Positions 24,015-33,230 of a stretch of 64,000 nt of DNA are shown here, piece after piece. The position numbers and the translations under genes are program-made. The DNA comes from Trueperaceae bacterium. Its GTDB lineage: Bacteria; Deinococcota; Deinococci; Deinococcales; Trueperaceae. Under the pieces are notes generated by a model. That model was not told where the DNA came from, did no database searches, and saw nothing but the letters and a program-made list of their open reading frames with translations. The stretch lies in assembly GCA_034521815.1 (NCBI GenBank), contig JAXHLW010000013.1:768001-832000 (forward strand). The letters are read 5' to 3'. Positions within the stretch are counted from its first letter, which is position 1, and every line of letters begins with the position of its first letter.

Positions 24015-25433
24015 TCAGCGCTCGATCCGGAGCTCGCTGGCCACGCCGTCCTTCGCCACCTCCGCCGACCAGCCCCGTTGGCGCAGGTGATCGCGGAACG
24101 AGGCGAGCACGTCCGGCTCGCCGTGGACGAGGTGGACCGAGGCGTCGCCCGAGTCCGCCAGCCACGCCGTCAGGTCGTCGCGGTCCGCGTGGGCGGAGAG
24201 GCCGCCGATGGTGTGGATGCGGCCGCGCACCGCGATCTCGTCACCGACCAGCCGGACCCGTTGCGCCCCGTCGACCAGCGCCCGCCCCAGCGTCCCCGAC
24301 GCCTGGTAGCCGACGACGATCAGGTGGGTCTCGGGCTTCCAGATGTGGTGCTTCAGGTGGTGCACGATGCGGCCGCCCGTCATCATCCCCGAGCCGGCCA
24401 ACACGATCGCGGGCTCGTCCAGATCGTTCAGGGCGCGGCTCTCGTCGCTGGACACCGTGGTTTCGAAGCGTGGCGGCGCGAACGGATCGATCCCGGCGTC
24501 CACCAGCTCGCGCACCTCGGGCCGGAACCGGCCCACGTGCTCCTGGTAGACCGCCGTCATCCTCGTCGCCATCGGCGAGTCCAGGAACACCGGCAGCTCT
24601 GGGATCTCTCCCGAACGCTGCAGGCGCGCGATCTCGTAGAGCACCGTCTGCGTCCGCTCCAGCGCGAACGTCGGGATCAGCACCCGGCCGCCGGCCTCGG
24701 CCGCTTCGGCCAGAACCTCGCGCAGCTCGGCGCGCGTCGCCTCGCGTGAGCGGTGCGTCCGGTCGGCGTAGGTGGCTTCGCACAGCACGGCACGTGCGCG
24801 CTTCGGACCGTCGGGTGGAGGGTGGAGGATGCTCTCGCGGTTGCCCAGGTCGCCCGAGGCGATGATCGTTCCCTCCCCGTCGTCGATCTCGAGCCAGGCG
24901 CTGCCGATGACGTGGCCGGCGGGATGGAAGCGGACCTTCAGCCCGACCACGTCCACGGTGTCGCCGAACGACACGGTGCGCATCGCGTCGAGCGCCCGGT
25001 CGACGTCCTGCTCCTCGTACGGAAGCGGCTCGACGTCGCCCTCGCGTCCGGCGCGGCGGGCCTTGCGAAGCGCTCGGGCACGATCCTCGCGCGCGATCTT
25101 GGCCGCGTCTCGCAGGATGATCTCGGCGATGGTCCGCGTCCCCGGCGCCGCCAGCACGGGCCCTTCGAACCCGTCGGCGATCAGCTTGGGGAGCCGGCCG
25201 ACGTGATCGAGGTGCGCGTGCGTGAGAAGGACGGCGTGGACCTCGGCCGGACCGAAGGGGAACGGCTCGCGGTTGCGGCGCTCCAGCTGGGGCGGCCCCT
25301 GGAACATGCCGCAGTCGACCAGGATTCGCGCGTCGCCGATGCGTAGCAGGTGGCACGAGCCGGTCACGGTCTCCGCCGCGCCCGCGCTCAGCAGGACGGC
25401 CGCTGCGGCGTCTTGGGGACTCGGGGTCGTCAT
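24015..25433 (-). CDS. MBL-fold beta-CASP ribonuclease
   Basis: VTGSCH, DCGMFQG, THAHLDHVG, AGHVIGSA, SAHAD, VHGE. Confidence 0.92.
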   Translation of the reverse strand: MTTPSPQDAAAAVLLSAGAAETVTGSCHLLRIGDARILVDCGMFQGPPQLERRNREPFPFGPAEVHAVLLTHAHLDHVGRLPKLIADGFEGPVLAAPGTRTIAEIILRDAAKIAREDRARALRKARRAGREGDVEPLPYEEQDVDRALDAMRTVSFGDTVDVVGLKVRFHPAGHVIGSAWLEIDDGEGTIIASGDLGNRESILHPPPDGPKRARAVLCEATYADRTHRSREATRAELREVLAEAAEAGGRVLIPTFALERTQTVLYEIARLQRSGEIPELPVFLDSPMATRMTAVYQEHVGRFRPEVRELVDAGIDPFAPPRFETTVSSDESRALNDLDEPAIVLAGSGMMTGGRIVHHLKHHIWKPETHLIVVGYQASGTLGRALVDGAQRVRLVGDEIAVRGRIHTIGGLSAHADRDDLTAWLADSGDASVHLVHGEPDVLASFRDHLRQRGWSAEVAKDGVASELRIER

Positions 25434-25467
25434 GCGGACCTCCTGATTCAGGACCGAGCGCTCGACC

Positions 25468-26790
25468 TCACGATACGACCTCGCGCCGCCGGAGCCGGGC
25501 GACGAAGAAGCCGTCGAGCCCGTCCAGCGGAAGGATGAACGTCCCCGCTCCGGCCGGCCGCGCCTGGACCGGTGGATCGACCGCCTCCGGATCGAACGCC
25601 GGGTGACGCGACAGGAAGGCGTCGATGCGCCCTGGTCCTTCCTCCGGCGTCAGCGCGCACACGGCGTAGACCAGCACCCCGCCCGAGTCGGTCAGCGCGG
25701 CCGCGGTGTCCAGCAGCCGGTCCTGCGAGGCCGCCAGGGCGTCCACGTCGCCAGGACCCAGGCGCAAGGGGATCTCGGGATGGCCGCGCAGCGTCCCCGT
25801 CCCGCTGCACGGCGCGTCCAGCAGAACGTACGGAGCGGGCTGGACCCCGGCCGGCGGCTCGCGCAGGTCGGCGACCCGGTGATCCACCTCGAGTCCCAGC
25901 CGCGCCAGGTTGCGGCGCGCCTGGTCCACCTTCGACGCGGACAGCTCGATCGCCTCGACCGCCGCGCCGCGCGCGGCCAGACCCGCGGCCTTGACGCCGC
26001 GCCCGCTGCACAGGTCCAGGACGCGGTCGCCACGGCCGGCGCCGAGCATCTCCGCGACGATGTGCGAGGCAGGATTCTGCGGCTGCACCAGCCCTTCACG
26101 GAACGCCTCCAGATCGCCCAGGCGGCGCGAGGGACGAACCCGCAGCGTTCCCTCGACCGGGCCGGAAGCGACCTCGCAGCCATCGTCTTCGAGCGAGGCG
26201 CGCGCTTCGGCGGCGAACGCGACGAGCCACAGCGGGGAAGGGGTACGCATCGCGTCGGCCGCGCGCTCGGCGTCGTCGCCCAGAGCCGATGCGAGTCGCT
26301 CCCACAGCCAGGTCGGAAGCGACGCACGGGTCGCGGGAGACGGATCGACGGGGGGCTCGACGCGCCTGAGCACCGCGTTGGCCAGCCCCGCGAGGCGGGG
26401 GTGCCGCCTGCCTACGATGCCGACCCAGGCGTCGACCGCGGCGTGCGGTGGGGTGCCGCGGATCAGCTTCTCAAAGCTGCCCAGGCGGAGCGCGTCGACG
26501 ACGTCGCCCGGCAGCCCGTCCGGGTTCCTGAGCCGGGGCGCCAGGGCGGCGTCCAGCCAGATGCGCCAGCGCACGGCGCCGTAGACGAGGTCGGTGATCA
26601 ACGAGCGGTCGCGGGGCGACACGTGCGACCGGTCCAGCGCCCTCCCGAGCTCACGCGAGAGCAACGCTCCGCTGCTGGCGCGGAGCGTCGTCTGGAGCGC
26701 GATCTCTCGGGCCGTCCGAAGGCGCCGTCGCCGCCCGGGAGCGTCGGCCGTCACGGACCGTCCCGTGCCGGTCGCCGGCGACCGCGTCAT
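25468..26790 (-). CDS. rsmB: RsmB/NOP m5C RNA methyltransferase with an N-terminal NusB-like domain
   Basis: LVYGAVRW, LANAVLR, LDLCSGRG.K, LLDAPCSGTG, VYAVCAL, DGFFVA. Confidence 0.85.
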   Translation of the reverse strand: MTRSPATGTGRSVTADAPGRRRRLRTAREIALQTTLRASSGALLSRELGRALDRSHVSPRDRSLITDLVYGAVRWRIWLDAALAPRLRNPDGLPGDVVDALRLGSFEKLIRGTPPHAAVDAWVGIVGRRHPRLAGLANAVLRRVEPPVDPSPATRASLPTWLWERLASALGDDAERAADAMRTPSPLWLVAFAAEARASLEDDGCEVASGPVEGTLRVRPSRRLGDLEAFREGLVQPQNPASHIVAEMLGAGRGDRVLDLCSGRGVKAAGLAARGAAVEAIELSASKVDQARRNLARLGLEVDHRVADLREPPAGVQPAPYVLLDAPCSGTGTLRGHPEIPLRLGPGDVDALAASQDRLLDTAAALTDSGGVLVYAVCALTPEEGPGRIDAFLSRHPAFDPEAVDPPVQARPAGAGTFILPLDGLDGFFVARLRRREVVS

Positions 26791-26795
26791 CGTGG

Positions 26796-27455
26796 CTACT
26801 CGCGCGCGACCATCAGGAAGTACACCAGGTACATCACGCTGCCCGCCGCCGCTGCGACGTAGGTCAGCGCCGCGGCGTTGAGCACGCTGCGCGCGCCGCC
26901 CGCGTCGTTCTGGGTGACGATGCCCATCTCGCGCAGCTCGACGTGGGCGCGCCGGGACGCGTCGAACTCGATCGGCAGCGTGACCAGCTGGAACAGCACC
27001 GCCGCGCCGAAGAGCACGATGCCGACCTGCGCCAGGCCGGTCATGCCCAGCATCAGGCCGAAGATCGCCAGGTACGGCCCGAAGCGCCCGCCGATGTTGG
27101 CGACCGGCACCAGAGCGCTTCGCCATTGGAGCGGCGCGTACGCCTTGGCGTGCTGCAGGGCGTGCCCGACCTCGTGCGCCGCCACGGCCATGCCGGCGAC
27201 GCTGGCGGAGCCGTAGATCGGCTCGGACAGCCGAACCGTCTTCTTGGTGGGGTCGTAGTGATCGCTGAGCTGACCGCGGACGGACTCGACCTGGACGGTC
27301 CCGTCGAGGCCGTGCTTCCGCAGGATCGCCGTAGCGACCTCGCGACCGGTGAGGCCCGAGGTGTTGGGGCGCTGACTCCAGGTGCCGAAGGTGGACCGGA
27401 GGTACCACTGGGCGCCCAGCGTCATCACCATCATCAGAATGAAGATCGCGAACAT
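26796..27455 (-). CDS. YugP-like neutral zinc metallopeptidase (membrane)
   Basis: LSDHYDP, AAHEVGHALQ, TLPIEFDAS, AALTYVA. Confidence 0.92.
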   Translation of the reverse strand: MFAIFILMMVMTLGAQWYLRSTFGTWSQRPNTSGLTGREVATAILRKHGLDGTVQVESVRGQLSDHYDPTKKTVRLSEPIYGSASVAGMAVAAHEVGHALQHAKAYAPLQWRSALVPVANIGGRFGPYLAIFGLMLGMTGLAQVGIVLFGAAVLFQLVTLPIEFDASRRAHVELREMGIVTQNDAGGARSVLNAAALTYVAAAAGSVMYLVYFLMVARE

Positions 27456-27523
27456 GATGTTTTCGTCGTCCTCCTCGTGCGCGGGCCCGCAGACGTGGGT
27501 GCCCGGGGGTCGTCGTTCGGCCA

Positions 27524-27564
27524 GGGTGTCGCCGGGGTGTCGCCGGCGTGTCGCCGGGGTGTCG
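27524..27564. repeat. tandem 11-mer GGGTGTCGCCG x3.7 in the peptidase 5' leader
   Basis: units at 27524, 27535, 27546, 27557. Confidence 0.8.
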
Positions 27565-27618
27565 TTCGCCTCGGATCGTTAGCGTACCTGTCGGTGACGG
27601 TCGGTGACCGTGTTCAGG

Positions 27619-27921
27619 CTACCCGGGTGCGGCCCGGTCGGCCGGCGGCTCGTCGTCCAGGGGAATCGCGGTCGCGTGGAAGCGGAGCGCGGTGCGCTCC
27701 TGATCGTGCAGCTCCAACGTCACGAACGACGGGACGGTCGACAGGTCCAGGCGGTCGTCACGGATGTAGCCGCGCGCGATGGCCAGCGCCTTGACCGCCT
27801 GATTGACGGCTTGCGGCCCGATCGCTTGCAGCTCGACCGTGCCTTCGCTTCTGAGGAGGGCGGCGATCGCACCCGCGACGGCGTTGGGGCGCGAGGTGCC
27901 GGAGACGCGAAGCACTTCGAT
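27619..27921 (-). CDS. spoVS: SpoVS family protein (probable ATC start at 27921; nearest ATG at 27936)
   Basis: EVLRVS..SRPNAVAGAIA, QAIGPQAVNQAVKALAIARG. Confidence 0.9.
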   Translation of the reverse strand: MEVLRVSGTSRPNAVAGAIAALLRSEGTVELQAIGPQAVNQAVKALAIARGYIRDDRLDLSTVPSFVTLELHDQERTALRFHATAIPLDDEPPADRAAPG

Positions 27922-27970
27922 GGCGACCACCTCCATCGGATGGCGATGCGGCAGGCGCGAGCGCCATTCG

Positions 27971-27999
27971 TTGACAGTCACCCTAGCACCCCGTATACT
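27971..27999 (+). promoter_or_regulatory. sigma70-type promoter of the ilv-leu operon
   Basis: TTGACA-17 nt-TATACT. Confidence 0.85.
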
Positions 28000-28007
28000 C
28001 CGGCCCA

Positions 28008-28169
28008 GTGAGCGACGTGGCAACCATCCCTGCAATCGCACTCGGCAACGAACGGACTCGCGGCTTCGGTCGGAACGATCGCGCCAGCCATCGATCCCGA
28101 TCGTCGATCGATCGGATCGTCGGCCTCGGTCGGTACGTAGTCCTACGGTCGAGGGGTGGCGCCGCGTAG
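28008..28169 (+). CDS. putative leaderless ilv attenuator leader peptide (53 aa, ends IDRIVGLGRYVVLRSRGGAA)
   Basis: GTG 8 nt after the -10 box; 3' Ile/Val/Leu cluster with rare GTA and CTA codons; stop lies just before a terminator. Confidence 0.6.
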   Translation: MSDVATIPAIALGNERTRGFGRNDRASHRSRSSIDRIVGLGRYVVLRSRGGAA

Positions 28170-28193
28170 TCGTTTCACGACGCTAGAGTGGCC

Positions 28194-28234
28194 CGCACCC
28201 CGCCGAAGTCCCATTCGGCGGGGTGCGTTGTTTT
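28194..28234 (+). terminator. attenuator terminator upstream of ilvB
   Basis: 14-bp stem CGCACCCCGCCGAA/TTCGGCGGGGTGCG plus TTGTTTT, ending 25 nt before the ilvB ATG. Confidence 0.88.
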
Positions 28235-28259
28235 GACTCAGGGGTCCACGGAGGAAGCC

Positions 28260-29957
28260 ATGAATGGTGCGGAAGTCCTGATTCGTGCGCTCGAACGCCA
28301 AGGGGTCGAGGTCATCTTCGGCCACCCCGGCGGAGCGATCATGCCCGTCTACGACGCTCTCTACGATGCCGATGTACGGCACGTCCTGGTGCGTCACGAG
28401 CAGGCGGGGGCGCACGCTGCGGACGCGTACTACCGTGCGTCCGGCCGCCCCGGCGTGGTGTTCGCCACCAGCGGACCCGGCGCCACGAACCTGGTCACCG
28501 GCCTGGCGACGGCGATGATGGACTCGAGCGCCGTCGTCGCGATCACCGGCAACGTCCCCACCTCGCTGATCGGTACCGACGCCTTTCAGGAGGCCGACGT
28601 CTACGGCATCACCGGCCCCGTCACGAAGCACAACTACCTGGTCAAGAACGTCCAGGACCTCCCGCGCGTCGTCGCCGAGGCGTTCCACATCGCGACCACG
28701 GGCCGTCCCGGCCCGGTCCTGATCGACATCCCCAAGGACGTGCAGCAGGCCGCGTTCGACGGGGGCGACGAGGCGTTCGACGTCGAGATCGACCTGCCCG
28801 GCTACCGGCCCACGGTCGTCGGTCACGCCGGTCAGATCCGCAAGGCCGTCGAGGCCATCAAGGCGGCGAAGCGCCCCGTGATGATGGTCGGCGGCGGCGG
28901 GCAGATCGCGGCGGAGGAGGTCATGGCGTTCGCCCAGCGGACCGGCATCCCCGTGATCACGACGCTGATGGGTATCGGCGCGTATCCGGCCGGCGCGCCC
29001 CAGGCGCTGGGCATGCCCGGCATGCACGGGACCGTCACCTCGAACCGGGCGATCACGCACTGCGACCTGATCATCGGGGCCGGCGTGCGGTTCGACGACC
29101 GGGTGACGGGCAAGATCAGCCGTTTCGCCCCGAACGCCACGGTCGTGCACATCGACATCGACCCGGCCGAGATCAGCAAGCTGGTCCACGCCCACGTGCC
29201 CGTCGTCGGCGACCTCCGCGACGTCCTGCCCCGACTGGGCGAGGCGCTGGAGACGCTGGACCTGAGCGACTGGTGGGCGCAGCTGAACGACTGGAAGGGC
29301 CGCTACCCCGAGCGGTACAAGACGGAGAAGCCGCTCGTCAGTCAAGAGGTGATCGAGCTGCTGCGCGAGCACACCGACGGGAAGTGCGTCGTCACGACCG
29401 AGGTGGGGCAGCATCAGATGTTCGCCGCCCGGCTGTTTCCGACCAGCGAGCCACGTACCTGGATCACCTCGGGCGGGCTCGGAACCATGGGGTTCGGCCT
29501 GCCCGCCGCGATCGGCGCCGCGTTCGCCCGACCGGGCGAGCGGATCGTGTGCGTCGCCGGCGACGGCAGCATCCAGATGAACATCCAGGAGCTCGCCACG
29601 ATCGCCAAGCACCGCCTCCCGATCCTGATCGCGATCGCCAACAACGGCGTGCTCGGGATGGTCCGGCAGTGGCAGGAGCTGTTCCACGCCGAGCGCTACA
29701 GCGAGATCTACCTGGCCGACTCGAACCCCGACTTCGCCAAGCTCGCCGAGGCGTACGGCATCGAGGGTCACAACGTGTTCGACCGCGATACCGCGCGGCG
29801 CCTCGTGCCCGAGGTGCTGAGCCGAGGAGGACCCGCCCTGATCAACTTCGTGGTGTACGAGTCCGAGAAGGTGTACCCGATGGTTCCCTCGGGCGCCGGC
29901 GTCGACGAGATGCTGATCGGCGACCAGGAGCCCGACGTCGAGGAGGCCCCGGCGTGA
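28260..29957 (+). CDS. ilvB: acetolactate synthase large subunit
   Basis: MNGAE, RHEQ, TSGPGATN, GMPGMHG, GDGSIQMN; GGAGG SD. Confidence 0.97.
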   Translation: MNGAEVLIRALERQGVEVIFGHPGGAIMPVYDALYDADVRHVLVRHEQAGAHAADAYYRASGRPGVVFATSGPGATNLVTGLATAMMDSSAVVAITGNVPTSLIGTDAFQEADVYGITGPVTKHNYLVKNVQDLPRVVAEAFHIATTGRPGPVLIDIPKDVQQAAFDGGDEAFDVEIDLPGYRPTVVGHAGQIRKAVEAIKAAKRPVMMVGGGGQIAAEEVMAFAQRTGIPVITTLMGIGAYPAGAPQALGMPGMHGTVTSNRAITHCDLIIGAGVRFDDRVTGKISRFAPNATVVHIDIDPAEISKLVHAHVPVVGDLRDVLPRLGEALETLDLSDWWAQLNDWKGRYPERYKTEKPLVSQEVIELLREHTDGKCVVTTEVGQHQMFAARLFPTSEPRTWITSGGLGTMGFGLPAAIGAAFARPGERIVCVAGDGSIQMNIQELATIAKHRLPILIAIANNGVLGMVRQWQELFHAERYSEIYLADSNPDFAKLAEAYGIEGHNVFDRDTARRLVPEVLSRGGPALINFVVYESEKVYPMVPSGAGVDEMLIGDQEPDVEEAPA

Positions 29958-30481
29958 ACGACCGTCGACGCGTCATCTCCGTCACCGTCCGCGACGAGCC
30001 GGGCGTGCTGGTCCGGATCGCCGGCCTTTTCGCGCGCCGCGGGTTCAACATCGCCTCGCTCTCGGTCGCGCAGTCCGAGACCCCCGGCTTCAGCCGGACG
30101 ACGTTCGTCGTCGACGGCGACCCGGCCACCATCGAGCAGGTCCAGAAGCAGCTTCAGAAGCTGATCGACGTGATCAAGGTCGTCGACCACACCGAGACCG
30201 CGTTCGTCGATCGCGAGCTGATGCTGATCAAGGTCGCCGTGCGCCAGCCGGAGGACCGCGTCGAGATGCGTCAGGTCGCGCAGGACTTTCGCGCCCGCAT
30301 CGTCGACGTGGGCCGCAGAGCGCTCGTGTTCGAGGTGACCGGCGACGAGGGCAAGATGGACGCGTTCATCGAGCAGATGCGCGAGTTCGGCATCGTCGAG
30401 CTGATCCGTACCGGTCGCGTGGCCCTTCCGCGCAGCGCCCAGTCCCAACCTTCCCAGCCCGCTCGCGCCAAGGTGGCGTGA
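29954..30481 (+). CDS. ilvN: acetolactate synthase small subunit
   Basis: DEPGVLVRIAGLFARRGFNI, KLIDVIKV, RELMLIKV, RTGRVAL. Confidence 0.96.
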   Translation: MNDRRRVISVTVRDEPGVLVRIAGLFARRGFNIASLSVAQSETPGFSRTTFVVDGDPATIEQVQKQLQKLIDVIKVVDHTETAFVDRELMLIKVAVRQPEDRVEMRQVAQDFRARIVDVGRRALVFEVTGDEGKMDAFIEQMREFGIVELIRTGRVALPRSAQSQPSQPARAKVA

Positions 30482-30505
30482 CGCGCCCCATCTAGGAGAT
30501 TCCCC

Positions 30506-31498
30506 ATGGCCAACATCTACTACGACGACGACGCCAACCTGCAGCTTCTCTCCGGCAAGAAGATCGCCATCCTGGGCTACGGCAGCCAAGGCCACGCGCA
30601 TGCGCTGAACGCCAAGGAGTCCGGCCTGGACGTGGTCGTCGGACTGCGCAAGGGATCCTCGTCCTGGACCGAGGCCGAGCAGGCGGGCCTGCGCGTCGTC
30701 ACCGTCGCCGAGGCGGCCGCCGAGGGCGACGTGGTGATGGTGCTGCTCCCCGACGAGGTGCAGGGCAAGATCTACCGCGAAGAGATCGCGCCGGGCCTCG
30801 AGGCCGGCGACACGCTGGCGTTCGCGCACGGGTTCAACGTGCAGTTCCACCAGATCGTCCCGCCGGACGGCGTCGACGTGATCATGGTCGCTCCGAAGGG
30901 GCCCGGGCACCTGGTGCGCCGGGTCTACGCCGAGGGGGCCGGCGTTCCGTGCCTGATCGCGGTCCACGTCGACGCCACCGGCGAGGCGAAGGCTCGCGCC
31001 CTGGCGTACGCCAAGGCGATCGGCGGCACGCGCGGCGGTGCGCTCGAGACGACGTTCCAGGAGGAGACCGAGACGGACCTGTTCGGCGAGCAGGCGGTGC
31101 TGTGCGGCGGCGTGACCGAGCTGATGCAGGCCGGGTTCGACACGCTGGTCGAGGCGGGCTATCAGCCCGAGATCGCCTACTTCGAGTGCGTGCACGAGAT
31201 GAAGCTGATCGTCGACCTGATCTACGAAGGCGGCTTCGAGAAGATGCGGCACTCGGTCAGCAACACCGCCGAGTACGGCGACTACCGCACCGGCAAGCGG
31301 ATGGTGACGGAGGAGACCCGCGCGGAGATGCGCCAGGTCCTGCGCGAGATCCAGACCGGTCGGTTCGCCCACGAGTTCCTGCTCGAGAACCAGGTCGGCC
31401 AGCCGCGCCTGAAGACCGAGCGGGCGGCCAGCGACCGCAGCCAGGTCGCCGAGGTAGGCCGGCGCCTGCGCAAGATGATGTCGTTCATCGAGAAATGA
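30506..31498 (+). CDS. ilvC: ketol-acid reductoisomerase
   Basis: [29 protein letters not shown]. Confidence 0.98.
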   Translation: MANIYYDDDANLQLLSGKKIAILGYGSQGHAHALNAKESGLDVVVGLRKGSSSWTEAEQAGLRVVTVAEAAAEGDVVMVLLPDEVQGKIYREEIAPGLEAGDTLAFAHGFNVQFHQIVPPDGVDVIMVAPKGPGHLVRRVYAEGAGVPCLIAVHVDATGEAKARALAYAKAIGGTRGGALETTFQEETETDLFGEQAVLCGGVTELMQAGFDTLVEAGYQPEIAYFECVHEMKLIVDLIYEGGFEKMRHSVSNTAEYGDYRTGKRMVTEETRAEMRQVLREIQTGRFAHEFLLENQVGQPRLKTERAASDRSQVAEVGRRLRKMMSFIEK

Positions 31499-31593
31499 CC
31501 CCAGCGCCGGCGTCCCTCCTTCTTCACGGCCGCACCGCCCCGGTCGCCGCGGCCGCGGCGCACCCGCGACTATCGCGATTCGCGAGCAGCTAG
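31495..31593 (+). CDS. putative Leu-sensing leader peptide [32 protein letters not shown]
   Basis: ATG overlaps the ilvC stop (ATGA); tandem CTC-CTT-CTT codons at 31516-31524. Confidence 0.6.
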   Translation: MTPAPASLLLHGRTAPVAAAAAHPRLSRFASS

Positions 31594-31653
31594 TCGCGCG
31601 ACCGCGTCGCGACCCGTACCCGCGACGTCGTTTCCGTCCAGACGAAGAAGGAG
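31516..31653 (+). promoter_or_regulatory. SD-sequestering RNA structure upstream of leuA (LEU-element-like)
   Basis: CTCCTTCTTC (31516-31525) is the exact reverse complement of GAAGAAGGAG (31644-31653); three internal hairpins. Confidence 0.7.
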
Positions 31654-31660
31654 CATAGAC

Positions 31661-33226
31661 GTGGCCCGAATCAAGATCTTCGACACCACCCTCCGCGACG
31701 GCGAGCAATCGCCCGGCGTCGCCCTGAACACGCGCGAGAAGCGCGAGATCGCACGGCAGCTCGCCCGCCTGGGCGTGGACGTGATCGAGGCCGGCTTCCC
31801 GGTCGCTTCCGAAGGCGACTTCAGAAGCGTCCAGGAGATCGCCGAAGCCACCGGGGAGGAGGATCCGCGCGTGATCGTCGCCGGGCTCGCCCGCGCTCAC
31901 CGGGGCGACATCGAGCGCGCCGCCGCGGCCATCGAGAAGGCGTCCGCCCCGCGCATCCACACCTTCATCGCGACCAGCTCGATCCACATGGAGAAGAAGC
32001 TGGGGCTCACGCCCGAGCAGGTCGTCGAGCGGGCGGTGGACTCGGTCCGCTTCGCGAAGTCGTTCGTGGACGACGTCGAGTTCAGCGCCGAGGACGCCGG
32101 CCGCAGCGATCCCGCCTTCCTGGCCCAGATCTTCGCGGCCGCGATCGATGCAGGAGCGACGACGGTGAACGTGCCGGACACGGTGGGGTACATGACGCCG
32201 TGGGAGTACGGCGAGCTGATCCGGGGCCTGTTCGAGGCGGTCCCCGGGCTGCACGACGTGGACGTATCGACCCACTGTCACGACGACCTCGGGATGGCGG
32301 TCGCGAACTCGCTGGCCGGCGTGCTGAACGGCGCGACGCAGGTCGAGTGCACGATCAACGGCATCGGCGAGCGTGCCGGCAACGCCTCGCTCGAAGAGAT
32401 CGTGATGGCGCTCGAGACGCGCAAGGACGTCTGGGGCCACGAGACCGGCATCGACACCCGTGAGCTGTACCGCTCGTCGCGGATGGTGTCGATGATGACC
32501 GGCATGGTCGTTCCGCCCAACAAGGCCGTGGTGGGCGACAACGCCTTCGCGCACGAGTCCGGCATCCACCAGGACGGCGTGATCAAGGCGGTCGAGACGT
32601 ACGAGATCATGTCGGCCGAGACCGTCGGCCGCGACGCCGGCGTGCTGGTGATGGGCAAGCACTCCGGGCGCCGGGCGTTCAGGAAGACGCTCGAGGAGCT
32701 CGGCTACGAGGAGCTTCCCAAGGACGAGGTGGACGCGCTGTTCCACCAGTTCAAGGACCTGTGCGACCGGAAGACGTCGGTCACCTCCGAAGACATCCGC
32801 GCGCTGGTCGATGCCGAGACCACGCGGGTCCCGGAGACGTACCGCCTGGTCAGCGTGCAGTTCCAGTCCGGGACGAAGGTGACGCCGGTCGCCACCGTCC
32901 GCATCGCGACGGACACCGGCGTCCACGAAGAAGCGGCGCTGGGGGACGGACCGGTCGATGCGATCTACCATGCGATCGAGCGCATCACGCAGGTGCCGTT
33001 GCGGCTCGAGTCGTACGAGATTCGCTCGGTGGGTCACGGCAAGGACGCCCTGGGCGAGGTGACCGTCCGCGTGCGCAGCGAGGACCGCGTCCTCCACGCC
33101 AGGGGCCTCTCCACCGACGTCGTCGAGGCCTCGGCCAAGGCGTACGTCGAGGTGCTCAACAAGCTCGCCGCAGGCTTGGGCCGGTCCAGCGCAGGTCCGC
33201 GGCCCGGCGCGGTCCGCACCCCCTGA
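31661..33226 (+). CDS. leuA: 2-isopropylmalate synthase
   Basis: [34 protein letters not shown]-terminal regulatory domain. Confidence 0.96.
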   Translation: MARIKIFDTTLRDGEQSPGVALNTREKREIARQLARLGVDVIEAGFPVASEGDFRSVQEIAEATGEEDPRVIVAGLARAHRGDIERAAAAIEKASAPRIHTFIATSSIHMEKKLGLTPEQVVERAVDSVRFAKSFVDDVEFSAEDAGRSDPAFLAQIFAAAIDAGATTVNVPDTVGYMTPWEYGELIRGLFEAVPGLHDVDVSTHCHDDLGMAVANSLAGVLNGATQVECTINGIGERAGNASLEEIVMALETRKDVWGHETGIDTRELYRSSRMVSMMTGMVVPPNKAVVGDNAFAHESGIHQDGVIKAVETYEIMSAETVGRDAGVLVMGKHSGRRAFRKTLEELGYEELPKDEVDALFHQFKDLCDRKTSVTSEDIRALVDAETTRVPETYRLVSVQFQSGTKVTPVATVRIATDTGVHEEAALGDGPVDAIYHAIERITQVPLRLESYEIRSVGHGKDALGEVTVRVRSEDRVLHARGLSTDVVEASAKAYVEVLNKLAAGLGRSSAGPRPGAVRTP

Positions 33227-33230
33227 TCCG

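Noticed and set aside
28150-28170. T-box riboswitch (GGGGTGGCGCCGCG resembles GGGTGGNACCGCG)
   Set aside because: The bulge reads UGGC-GCC rather than UGGU-ACC as expected for Ile/Val/Leu tRNAs. I could not find a stem I or specifier loop, and a leader peptide explains the region better.
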